From positions 28,965 through 92,964 of the forward strand of contig DF237310.1 in assembly GCA_000708835.1 (NCBI GenBank): a DNA stretch of 64,000 bases, read 5' to 3'. This document shows, one piece after another, positions 36,209 through 48,600 of the stretch. Position 1 is the first letter of the stretch. Each line of letters starts with the position of its first letter. This DNA is from Klebsormidium nitens (Eukaryota; Plantae; Klebsormidiophyceae). Below the pieces are notes generated by a model, which worked only from the letters and a program-made list of their open reading frames with translations, was not told the origin of the DNA and did no database searches. Made by a program: the position numbers and the translations under genes.

Positions 36209-38214
36209 TTTCAGAGGCAAGTTGAGTCCATTCCGATACATACAGACAGAGTGTAATATGTTGTCGTTGATCATTTGCGCATGCTTGTTTCGTTTGGACA
36301 TGTCTTCAACCAAATAGACTCTGCCAATCCACAAAGGAACTCGGTATTGGCTGCGGATGCCTGCCAAATGACGGCCGTGCCCCTTTGTGTAATGGCGAAT
36401 GTAGTCTGACCTAGATCAAGTCGAAGAAGGCTTGTAGCTATGTCATTCTATCAAGAGCAGCGGATAAATCTCGGTAGCATGGATTTCTGAGATGAATCCC
36501 AAACAACCTTCCCATAAAATATGATTGTTTATATGTAATTGTCCGCAGATGAACATTCACCTAGCTAAACATTCAGCCATACCATCTTCTTGTATTGGTG
36601 CAAGCTCCGCCGCGTCTCACTACAGCCGAGCCGACTCGGGGATTCTATACATATAATTTGTACTGTATTAGAGTTAATCAGTACGAATATCCACTTGCAC
36701 TCCTAGCTGCCAAGACAATCCGCTCAGCCCCTCGGATTAGCTGCACACCAACAACACAATGTACTAATGATAGACGTTGTATTATCGATATAGCTTGTCC
36801 TAGCTAGATTGCCACCTAGGGTAATCCAAAGGCTCTATGCAAACATGGCCGCGTTGGATACGATGCGAGTTCCCTTGATATTGATGATGTAATTTGAGTT
36901 CCCAACATTAAAAAGCATTGGCATCAAGAAGGATATAAGAATGATGAAGCGAAGGGAGCATAGAAGCATGAGCTGTATGCATAAAGACGTCTTCAAGATT
37001 GCAAGTTTATCGTCCCGACTCCCACGGCATTATAGGGTTTTGATAATAGGTAGAGAAGTTCTGAAGTTCAATCCTCAGACAACAGGTACCTTAGGTAGCA
37101 TCACAACTTCTACAGGGCAGATTCAGAATCGGCAGAACGATCCTGGTCAGTGGACGCTGTAGCGGCGGCGTAGCCAATGCCTCCGCTTGCGCAGCGCGCC
37201 CGTGCAGCCAATGATTAAACGCACGCGTGACACCACGGTCCACCCGTCCGGGCCCCGGGGCCGTGACCCACCGGTGACCGTATACCATATAAAATCAAGA
37301 TTACCTACTCCGTATGTCGTACGGTCCGCAATGTGACTGGACTCTGGTTGTCTAGGCCCAGGGTGGTGCTCGGGGGATCGAAAACATTACAAACCTTTAG
37401 GCTTTAACCAAGAATTCACACGCGCTGTTACCTGTACCGAGTTCGATAGCCACTTTACTGAGAACACGGTTTCAATACCCCGAATCCACCCCCTCTTTCT
37501 TCCAGGCACTTTCTTTGGTCAATTCATGGGACCAAGAGAACATCCGTACTACCTTAGCCCTTTTAAAAGTCAACGTCAATGATTAAACATCCCCGTCGGG
37601 CCCCGGTCCATCCGACTCCACATGGAGAGGACAGGGAGTGCCATAGACTCTATACCGCCAGGGCCCATTCCTGCTATATGGGTAGATCGAGCTCTATCAT
37701 TTGGAGTCTACCGGTAAACTTGTATATGCCACTCATGAGGGATCAAATGTCTGACCTCAGGAGTCAGGGCTTGATTTTCGCTGCATCAGTGAGCGGTCGC
37801 AGCGGGTCGCAGAGACGTCGTCTACTAGATACCTTCAACTTTGTAGGTACATCACAAGTTACTATGGTTTCTATCAGTGTTGGACTAAATCATGCATTAT
37901 CAGCCTGTGCAAAGCTTCCCCTAACTCTGGTCTGCGGGGGGTCCTGCGTCACTGCCTGTCTCTGCGCTGCCATGGGCCCTGCAGGAGCTCATCAACTTGT
38001 ACAGAAAAGTGACCCTACAGTTTCAGTCGGGTTTCAGTCGGAGGCAAAAGCATTGAGCCATAATGCAGGACGTCAGAATAGCTCTGCGTTGGAAGAGCAG
38101 GTGCTGATTATGTGAACAGCTCTGTTCCAACCCGCTGTCCGCATTCAATTGTTCTCTTGTCACAAAATCGGAAGTTGCTCAGAGCAAAGGCGGCGTTGAA
38201 GAACCGCCGCGACC

Positions 38215-41200
38215 ATGGCGGACCCCCTTGCAATCCTAGATTTGTGCCTAAACATCATGGATAGGTTGCAAGCCGCAGCAAGGGCGGTGGAGTTCTCAAA
38301 AAAGCAATGCATTCGGGCAGCAACTAGAGTGGCCGAGTACAAACACCGTCTGGTGGAGTGGCGGCGCCATCGGCTTGGAGATCCGGGCTCTGATTTGCTA
38401 CAGCGGATGCATGCCTTGCAAAGGTTGGAAGCCACGCTGCGGGAGGGGATCCTGCTGATAGAAACGTTTGGGAAGCAACGGTACCTGATCAGGCTGCTCC
38501 ATAGAGACGTGAATGCAGAGGGGTTTGAGACGTTCCATCAGAACCTGGACGAGTGCATCAGGGACATCACGCTCGATGTCGTCATGGAGGCAGCTGCCGC
38601 GGGGAGGGCGCACGAGGCGGAGAGGGGGCTGAGGGAACAATGTGCCAGGGAGGACAGGCAGGAGCTCAAGCAACAGATGCTTGAGCTCAAAGAAAAGTTG
38701 TTGTCTGAGGCTGGGCACAGACGGAGCGAGCAGGACAGGAACCAAGAGAAGCTGGCGCAGGAGATAGTCAATCGGCTTGATGCACGTGCATCGGAGCCTG
38801 GCCAAGATCTGGCCGTCCTCCAATTGAAGAGGCAAGACGTCCAGTACGAAGGGTGCTTAGTGCTTGGACATGGGGGGTTTGGTATAGTGTACCGGGGCCG
38901 GTATCTGAATGACGAGTGGGTGGCTGTAAAGGCGGTGGAGTGCAACCGGCCGGCGGCTCAGGGAAAAGTAATCAGGGCTCTCATGGAGGAAGCCAGGCTG
39001 TGCTTTAAGGCAAGGCACAGTCGAGTGGTGCAGCTTCTAGGGGTCTGCACGGACGAGTCGCCGTACCTTTTGGTTATGGAGTGCCTTGCCGGAACTCTAG
39101 AGAAACTCATGAGAAGGCGGCCGTCTCCTCCTTTCAGTGTGGCGGAGAGTGTGGGGATACTGCTGCAGATCGCAGAGGGCGTTCAGTTCCTGCACAGGCA
39201 GGACATAGCCCACCGAGACCTCAAACCGGCAAACATCCTTGTTGAGGATCTAGACGCGGAGCATATCAAAATCAAGCTCTGTGATTTTGGCCTGGCCAAG
39301 GTCAAGCGGGAGACTTCTCTTGCCACGTCAAAGGTGGGGACTGGTTGCTACCGTGCACCAGAGTGTCAGTCAGACGCAGCCGGCAGATACCAGGCACGAG
39401 CAGCTGACATCTATAGCTTTGGCGTGACGACCTATGAGGTGCTGACTGGGGAGTGGCCCGCCGACCTCGTGACTCAACTCGGACGAGCAGCGGCAATCGC
39501 AAAGATGGTAGAAACCGTCCGCTCCGCGTGCGGCGCTGAGCTTGCAAATCTTGTGAGCGATTGCTGCCAGCACGAACCAAACTTGCGGCCGGCTAACTTT
39601 GGCTTTGTCTGCACGAGACTCAAGCTGGCAAGGGACAGCCTCCTGGATCCGGTCGGGCTCGCGCGCCGCTTACAGGACAGCGTCCACATTGGCGAGGCCG
39701 TTGAGGCTGACTCTCTTGCGTCCCCCTCAGGTAAGCCAAACTCCTCTACTTTAAAGGTGACAATGGGCGCTTCTGTTCAGGCATCCTTTCATGTGTAATT
39801 GGCTTAAAATGCAGAGGCATCTGAAGGGGCAACAGAATCCAAGGAGGATCTCTGTCTTACATGTGGGGGTATTGATCATTCGAAAGTACGCGTCAAAGAC
39901 AACGTAAGCAGTCGTCAAAAACATCATTCCTGATCCGCTCTGCAAGAAGGGCCTGCCTTCTGCGAATCGCTCAAAGTCAGCACAGGCCCGCTGCACGCTC
40001 CATGAAAAAGTGCTGAAAAGAAGCTTGCGGTTTGCACTTTCAGGGGTTGCAAGCGAGACCTCGAGGAGCGGTGGCGCTTCATCGGCGCACGCTGACCAGG
40101 TCGGAAACTTGTCCCAGCCGCCATCCTACAAGACACCGGCAGCTTCTCCACGGTCAACCCTGCAGCCTGCAATCAGTAGTAGAGGTAAGTCATCGAGGAG
40201 GAATGATGATGCTCCCTCTCACATGTTACTCCGATCTGTTGTCCCCTCCCAACAGCTTTTTCCTCTGAGTTTCACCATTCCAATCTTCTGCCGGCAACCC
40301 CAGGCTGGGATGAAAAGTTAGCTGCTTTCGGTACGGAAACAACCCAAACTTCTAAATAAAGATATCTGATACTGAGGGTCACAAGGATGAGGGGAGTGGG
40401 GAGAAGTCCTGAGAGTTTAAGAAGTGGGTCTGTCGAGTTGTTTTTATTCCAGGAAACTTGGCGGTCCATCGTTGTTCCCTTTGATAGAGCTGCACTTTGC
40501 GGTGTCGTTTTGCTTTGAAGAAAGCGCTGTTCCTACCAAAACACATGGCTGTCTATGATGTCCCCCATGCCCATCCTCACCCCTAATTGTTCCACAATTG
40601 CATTTGTATCTAAACCACCTTTGATTTCTGATCGATTTGTGGACACACCAAGCGACAGGATTGGGCAGCGTGGCCTCCTTGACACTTCTTTGAAAGTCAA
40701 GGCCGAAAGCGGATCATATCGATGTTCATGTTGAAAAGGAGCAACTCATCAAGCAGACATAGTTCTTTGAAGAGAGAACCATGAAGCTGCGCAATCAGGC
40801 ACGTGCATGCAGACGTTCCTCCAAACGTCTGTCACTTAATCCTGATTCAGAAGAAAGGGAGCGGGCCGCTTTCGAGACGTGGAGGAAGACTGTCGGGAGC
40901 GACGGAGAGGCGACGTGGGAGCGCTTCTGGGAGCTGTTCGAGGGCGACCTCCACATCTGGGACGACGAAGAACGAGCCCGGTTCCAGGACCAGGTTTGCC
41001 GTAGCCCTGTTGCCCCGACAATCAAGAGAGCGGAGTGGGTCCGGGCGGTTGGCTCGAGCGCGAGCGCGATTGACTTCTGGAAGAGCGCGAAGCAGAGGAG
41101 GTGGTCGCCTGCGGGCTTGGCGCGGGGACAAACGGACGGGCAGTGGACCCACAAAGTCGAGGCGCCCGCGGGCGCGTTCATTGTCCAGTGGAAGGTGACG

Positions 41201-41559
41201 ACGAGGCAGACGGGCGCCGTGTGTACGGGGAGGAGACGTTCACGATCGACACGGTGGTTGGGATCCAGGGGAAGACGGGCAGTGGGCAGTGGCTGGATCT
41301 GCTAGGAATCGCGGACGCTGGGGCGGGCAAAACACTCCCCGAGCAACCGGACGGGTTCGCTCGAGTGACTGGGAGGGCAGGTGGCTGGCTGACCAACTTC
41401 ATGGGCGTTGGTGCCGTCCGTGACTCGCCGTGGGAGGATTCCGGAGAGCGGGCCGGCTTGACCCCGAGCAGCAGAGTCGTGGGCTACCAGATGCGGGTGA
41501 CCGGTAGTTACGCCGAGACGGTTCGGTTCCTGTTTGCAGAGCCAGTCCGGACTGTTTGA
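38215..41559 (+). CDS. MLKL-type N-terminal four-helix bundle + coiled coil + catalytically intact TKL-like kinase + helical segment + putative jacalin-like (beta-prism) domain; exons 38215-39730, 40044-40184, 40851-41559; apparent 2-nt insertion at ~41219-41224
   Basis: Kinase motifs LGHGGFGIVYRG, VAVK, HRDLKPAN, DFG, YRAPE and DIYSFG are all present. The N-terminus aligns by eye with the MLKL 4HB (KKQCIRAATRV vs human KKQCRRLGHRV). All three splice junctions are phase 1. The last exon needs removal of one TG from GTGTGT to join ORF 40781-41305 with ORF 41101-41559. Confidence 0.8.
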
Positions 41560-42612
41560 CGGTCTGGTCGGGGGTAGATGTCAATGATATAGGTGGGTTC
41601 TACAGAAAGCGTTGAAAATACATGACGGTATTGTACGGGGATTGTGTGTATAAGTACTAAGTAATAGCGCGTTGATTGGAGTTTAGCGAAACTTCTTAGT
41701 AGCTCGTCAAGTAGTTGGTCACTAACGATGATATAGCCAGGCGTGTTTCTGCACGGGATCGTCAAAGTTGAGAACAGTACGGGTATACAAGATTGATCAC
41801 ATGCAATCACCTTTCATGCTACCGTCCATATACAAAGGCAATGTCTTGTCCAGTCCAAGCTGTGCCTGACATTGCAGGGGGTCGCCCGAGGGGCATGGGC
41901 ATCCGCCGGATAACATTGTGGCGGTAATTCATTTGCAATCAAGGCGGTTTTGTGCAAGTATATAGAGACATATAGCCGGGGGCCCGGACACGGCAGAGAT
42001 CAGATTGAGTGCTACAACCGTCGTGACATGAAGCTGTCAGAGACTGAGTACGTGTATTTGTATGATGCCGCCGTATAGGTCTTAAGCAATGATTGTGCGC
42101 AAGTGCTAGGTCCGGTTTGCACCGTCATGGACCGCATGACCGCGTCCGATTGAAGACCATACGAGTCCCCTGATGTATATCTCAATCAAGATTTGAGCGG
42201 CCCGTTTGCATGGATACGTGGTTCTACCGGCCTTGTCGATTGCAACAACTCAAGATATATATGCAATGACAACGCACATGCATACCTATTGATATATAAT
42301 GATCAGTGCCATGCAGTCAATCATTGCGCATGCATGTACTTCTACTAACATAGTATATGCCCAGGTCGTATCCTCTCGCATTAATACGTGCTAAGTTCGA
42401 ATGCGCCAGATGACGATTTGTGCAGATTAAAATAACGGCGCGAACAAGACGTGCAGATGACGTGGCACCTGACAGTGGTATCATTTGAGGACTGCCTGAC
42501 TCCATAGTGCCAGATAATTAGCACATGCCTCCCGAGTCGCCAGAGAAGTTCTCCTCCCATTTAACCAACACCTTTTCCCAACTAAAGCGCGCCAACAACT
42601 AAGCGCGTAAGA

Positions 42613-45600
42613 CTAAACGTCTGCAATAGGAGCAGCGAGCTCAATGCTCTCGCCCTCAATAGCCGCCTCCACAAGGCGGAACTCCGTAACGGACACGTCC
42701 CGACCTAGAAACTCATCTTGTACCGGGACCTCGTTTGGTCCCGAAGCCTGCGCCTCGGCACGCCGGGCCGGGACGTCAACTTTCAACCGGTCGAGCTCCT
42801 GCTTCGCGAGCTTGAGCCACAAACTCCAGTCGTCTTTGCACTGATCAGGAAACAGAAACATCAAGCGTCGGAGGCAGTGGTAGACCCCACAAAGGATTTG
42901 TTGGAGACGGCATTGCTGAAAAACTGTCGACCCGATGCCCGCTGAAGGTCGCAAAGTTAGGGTAAAATCGGACCATCCGTTTTAGACGCAGAACTTCCAC
43001 TTCGAAGCGAACAGCTCGACGAGATTGGAGGCGGGGCAGCAGGGGTGCTGGCGCGGCTTGTGGTGGAAAGGTCAGCTTCTCAATGATAGGCCACGCAATT
43101 GCAATTGATTTGGATCTACATGCAGTTTGAGCAGTAACCAGCGAGCCTCGCGGTCTCCAAAGTTTCATCGGACCTATTAACGATTACCGCAAGATCGGAG
43201 ACCGATTCGCGGAGTTTCATTGCAACAATTCACGATTATTGCAAGATCGGAAACCGGTTCGCGACGAGAAAAAAACAGAGTGCGACGAGCCCATTTTTGC
43301 GGAGTGGCCCACCTCGGCCAAGGCGCCGCTGCGAATCTTGCCCGCGAGCATGAAGAACTTCTTGAAGTGGACGCCCGTGTAAGCGGTGACGTCACACGAA
43401 GACGGGCCGGCTGTCTTCACGATGAACTTATTTTGCACCTGCAGCAGCAGAGGCAAACAATTGAACAGTCGATCAAAACAAGGCCTTTGAAGAAGTCTGG
43501 TAACACAACAGATAGGCACGACGAGCAGAGTCCGCAGACTCTCTCTTGGTCTCAAGCTTTTCTCCCTTTGACTCTCTCTTGGTCTCAAGCTTTTTTCCCT
43601 TTGACTTGAAAACTACGTTGAACAGCCTCCAAGATCAGGTGAAATCTCAAGAGCCTACGATCAGCCGGGAAGCAAACGTGTGAAGGTCGTCTGACGTGTG
43701 CAGATCCGTTTGTGAATATTCTCGAATTGTCACCATAAGCGGAGCCTGGAATCACTTCCCGAATGAAAGCACGTGCAATTACCAGTCTATCAGCAAAAAC
43801 TTTCAACCTGCCAGGATCCATGAGTCTCGATCTGACGGCATCTTTAAGGGTTGCTCCTGTTGTGCACAGGCCACCTGTCAAGGGTATGAAGAAGAGTCTC
43901 GTTGTTTGCAGACCCACCTCGAAGAACGAGGCAAACGGGATGTCGTGGGCTTGCGAGATGACCTCCAGCGTCTGCAGGACAGATCCAGCGAGGTGTCAAG
44001 ACAACTCAAAAGGGACCATCGGTTGGTCTTACCTGACAACGACATAGGTTAGGAGTAGACGGATAAGACATCAGCAGCTCTCTCATTCAAATGGGCGACG
44101 TCGAACGGAGCACACTGCTTAACTCCGCTGTCCCCTTGCGGAAAGCAGAACGCGAGATCCGCAAGGGAAAAGAGAAAGTAGTTGACTTAATCTCTAAAGA
44201 CGCTTTACAGTCTGGCGGCCAATTAAGAATCGCGCGGTCTCTTTGACCGCATGACCTGAAGCTTTTAAAGCCTTGCTCTGTTTTACTGGTATCAGTTGGG
44301 AGGGAAACACTCGACAATCTGCAGCCTCCTTCCTGTTTCAGATGCTCAGATATCTCAAACCCCCTAGATTCGCCGGTAAGGAGCATTTAACCCAGAATTT
44401 AACCCAGTGACAAACCCTAAGACCGCAAGTCTTGAAACTTCGACGCTGTGACTTGACGCACTGACGGTATCTAGAAGCAGAGTCCTAGTCTGGCACGTTA
44501 TGGATCACGTGCAACCGCCATCGAGTCTTGACTCCTGAATATCACCCTTTCTTGGAATGGGAAAGGGCCAGACGCAGGTGCCCCACAACCAACGACGGAG
44601 ACCATCGAACCCTATATCCCAACAAATACCATTGTGAGATCGCTCCCCACGGAACTGTTCACACTCGTTAAACAGGACTGCTGCTTCAATTCCCGCAACT
44701 CGTAAAACCCAGGGCGCGAAGTGCGTCGCCTTACATAGAGCCAGAAGCTTGAAACGCCGGACTGAAAAATTCTAATACACCCAACATTTCAAGCATCCCA
44801 TAGTGACGTCACTGACCAGGACCTGATCCCGCTCGTCGTACATAACCTGCCGTTCCAATTCTGCAAGCTCGAAATGTTGGGAGCAGAACGCGTCCGCTTT
44901 CCAGAAACTCAACGCCCCCGGAACGCAAGACTTAGTAAGCCTTCACTTCGAACCGCTAAAACCTAAGACCCCTAAAAAGATTGTCACGATGACGTCACTC
45001 ACCAGGACCTGATCCCGCTCGTCATACATGACGTGCTGCCAGTCGGTCATGGCGCTGTCGTAGGGGCACATGGGGCTGGTGCACAGGAACCGGAACGTCA
45101 CCTTGCGGACGAGCCCCCCGTACTGCTCCGACGGCTGCCACCGCTCCGCCTGCAGAAACAGAATCCGAGACTTCACCCCTTTGAAGGTTCGCCCTCCGCC
45201 TTTTCCCCCCGCCTTTTACTTCCCAGAGTGGCTCTCTTTGGCCGTTGCCGTTTGCCTCATCAATGCCCTCTGGGCTTGCTCCCTGCTTCGCTTATCAGAA
45301 AGACATATCCCTGCTGAGTTGCTGAATTGGAATGAAAGGTCTGTACAAGGGGGCGATGGGAGGGCTGCGCTCGACCAAGCCCCGCGCGAAGCATCTCGCG
45401 GTCCACAGGCCCCGGCTTTAAGGACTTGGGCCAATTATGATCGATTATCTCGCGGATAAAAAGTGCGCTGGCCTAATCGTACTTCGCGATCATCGCGAAA
45501 AGAAAAAAGAGACGCTTTATAAAGGATGGTAGACGAACAAAAAGTTGACAATAAAACACTCTTGTTCATCATTCAAATAGCCTGAAATTTCGCTGCTGAG

Positions 45601-48600
45601 TTGGAAGCAACTCGTCGATTCAAAGATTTAGTATATCTACGCCTCACGAACCCAGTCGCTGACAGGTTGCTCCTGAAGGTCTCGGCTTCTGAATTCCGAG
45701 TCATCGCCCACTGATTCTGACGAGCGCAGTGTGAACTTCTCTATTGTTTCAGAAGCTCCGAGGGCTAGAGCTGACACAGACTCGTTGAAGCAGACTCCAA
45801 TCTCCATGACCAGAGCATCGTGCTGCAAAGTAGAGCGCCTCGAGTAGGGCGTATAACGACGCATAAGAATCCTACCAATTGCACAGCGGCCCCCTCTGCT
45901 TTTGTGTCGCCCAAAAATTTGCATCTAGACATTGCGTGCACCGCTGGCAAAACGTGACCGGTGCTGACGCTTTCGGCCGCTCGGTGACGAAAACGCTAGT
46001 AATCAATGACCGGGCTGACGTTGACGGCGGTCCCGATGACAGGAGAGCAACGATGAGAAACCGGCTTACCTGCAGATTCGTATCCTTCCGGCTCCCAATC
46101 CGGAACTGCTCCGTGAGGTCCGACTCGTCGCTGTAATAATAATCGAAAAAGTCCGCGGCAGTGATCGGCAACGTGTCCTGCGGAGAAGATGAAGGGCACG
46201 GAGTCATAGAGTGTAATGGCGGGTGCATCAGGCCGCAATCCTGGAAACCTCCAAGCCGAAGGCGAATGTCAATGCGAGTCTGTCAACCAGCTTCTTGTCA
46301 GGCAAATGTAGTGTTAGTCACAGGGCTCTTGAAAGACTCCCGGTCATGTTTTCTCTCGAGATGGTGGATGGCAACCCTTCGAAAGTCTTCAAAGTTGCAC
46401 GGAAGACGATTGGTACGGGCGACAAGCGGTAAAAAGAAGTCATCTGGAAGAAAGAAACCCTTCGTGGCCAGCAGATGCAGAGAGCGGAAAAAAGTCGAAG
46501 ACAAACGAAGATTGGTGGTGAATCCGAGCAGTTCTTAGTTTGCACCCTTTCGATATAATCAAGACAAAGTAGCTGCAAATCTGGAAAGACGTTCTCCGGC
46601 TCACAGGTCCTTATCCTGCAAATCAGATCGGACTTCCACATGCTACGCAATAATTTCGCACCTGTATAATCTCCGTCAGTTTCTCCTCCGACAAAAACGG
46701 CTCGAGCGCCGCCGCGGGGCGCGGCGGCGTCTTGAGCCGCTCCAACGTCACCTCCGGGGACGCCGCCACGGCCTCGGCCGCCGCTGACGTCATGTCCCGG
46801 AGGCTGCTCGCGCGCAGCAACGTGCCCCGTTCCTCGTGCGCCTGCTGCTTCTCTAGTTCGTGGTACGCTTTCTTGCTGCGCTGGAGCACGCGCCAGGCGT
46901 GGTTGCGGTTCCAGAATGAAGCGAACTTGTACTTGGCGCGGCCTGTGGGGTGAGTGTGCTGTTATTTTTGAGGCGAAAGCGGCGGGATAAGTAGGATTTG
47001 TGAGAAGACACGCAGTCGGGAGGTTTCCAATGCGTGACTGCGGTTCCGGAACGACGCGAACTTGTACTTGGCGCGGCCTGCAAAGAGAAATGAAGGAAAT
47101 TCATTGTAAGAAGTCTGATATTTACGGTTCCAAACGACGCAAACTTGTACGACGCACGGCCTGTAGGGCGGAAAAGGGCAGAGTGGTGGGAAGGTTTTCG
47201 GTGCGTGGTCGTGGACGCGAATTTGGAGCACGGCATACAAAGCGGGCGAATTGTGTGTGTGTTTGCGGTTACAGAAGGACGCGGGCTTGCACTTGACGCG
47301 GCCTGCCTGGCGAGAAGAGGGGTTTACGTGTGATGCGTTTCAATATGCTTGAAGAGAGCTCGTTGGGTTTGGAAAGAATGTTATCTACTGACAGACCTCA
47401 AACGGCGCACAAGCGTCCGAAAATTGCAAAAGCGTTGAGCAAAGAATCTCGTCAAGACATTCGGCAGACATTGGTTTGAAGGACATAGGCCGGTTTGGCA
47501 TATGAGCGAGGACAGAAAACAGGGTGTATGTACTTTCGGAACAGCGTAGATCAAAAGAGTCGGCAGCTGAAACGTCCTAGACAAAACCTAGAGATAGTCT
47601 GATGCACGATGTTCGACACAGGTATGATATCCATGTACCTCGAAGAGCTGCAAAATGGAGAAATCCTGACAAATAAAGGGTGTCAAATCTCAAATCGCAC
47701 TCACGTCATCCGGGTCCAGAAGGGGTTGGTCGTGGGAGGTACTATGTTGCACCTTGGAAGAATGCCTTGGCGACCACTTTAACGAGATGAGTGGTTTCGG
47801 GTCGCCAAACGATTGCGGGTTAAGGAAGTCCTGTCTAGAGCGAGTGGTGAGAAGCTCCAGACCGACACAAAAGGTTTTGGCTGCTAACCAGGCTGACACT
47901 GGGATTGACCAGGCTGTCAACCCTTAACCAGGCTGAAACTGAAATTGAGTCTCAGGTTATTGAACAATAAACCGGGCTTTGACCTTGTTCCTAGGCTGGT
48001 TACCGCCCAGGTCTGGTTATCGGACGCTTAACCATTTTTTAACCAGCCCTAAATCAGCCCGCAACCAACCGTGGTTAAGGGTCAGAAAACCCTGTGCAAA
48101 CTAACCAAAATAAATGTGCTTACCGTCTGGGCTGGACAAGGGGGGCACCCCATGCCCCCCCGCGCCCACTCGCAACACGATCGTAACCGCAGGGTTAATC
48201 AGAGCGTGGTAGCTCTTCCGGATCTCCTCTATGTCCTCAAAGGGTATCGTCACCTGCAGCGAAACTTCGTTCGTTGTTTTGACCAGGTTAGCGTTCAATA
48301 AGTGTTACGAAGCCAAGGAATCACGTTTCCACGTTGTTGCAACCCCAATCTGAGGTGGCAGGCAACCCGAATCTGAGGTGGCAAAGACACTCAGCCTTTG
48401 CTGCGAAGCCGGGCCAATTTCAAGAGCAGTTTTCGCTGCTGACTGGGGCTGCTGCTGCTTACTCTGGAAGAAACCAGACTACTACGCTTTGACTAGTAGC
48501 TCGCAAAGGTCATGTGCTGTCATGTTGTTAACGACGAGCCTTCCTGAAATTAAGATTGACCCTGCAAAGTGCGACTATTTTTCCGAAGTTATCGTGGATA

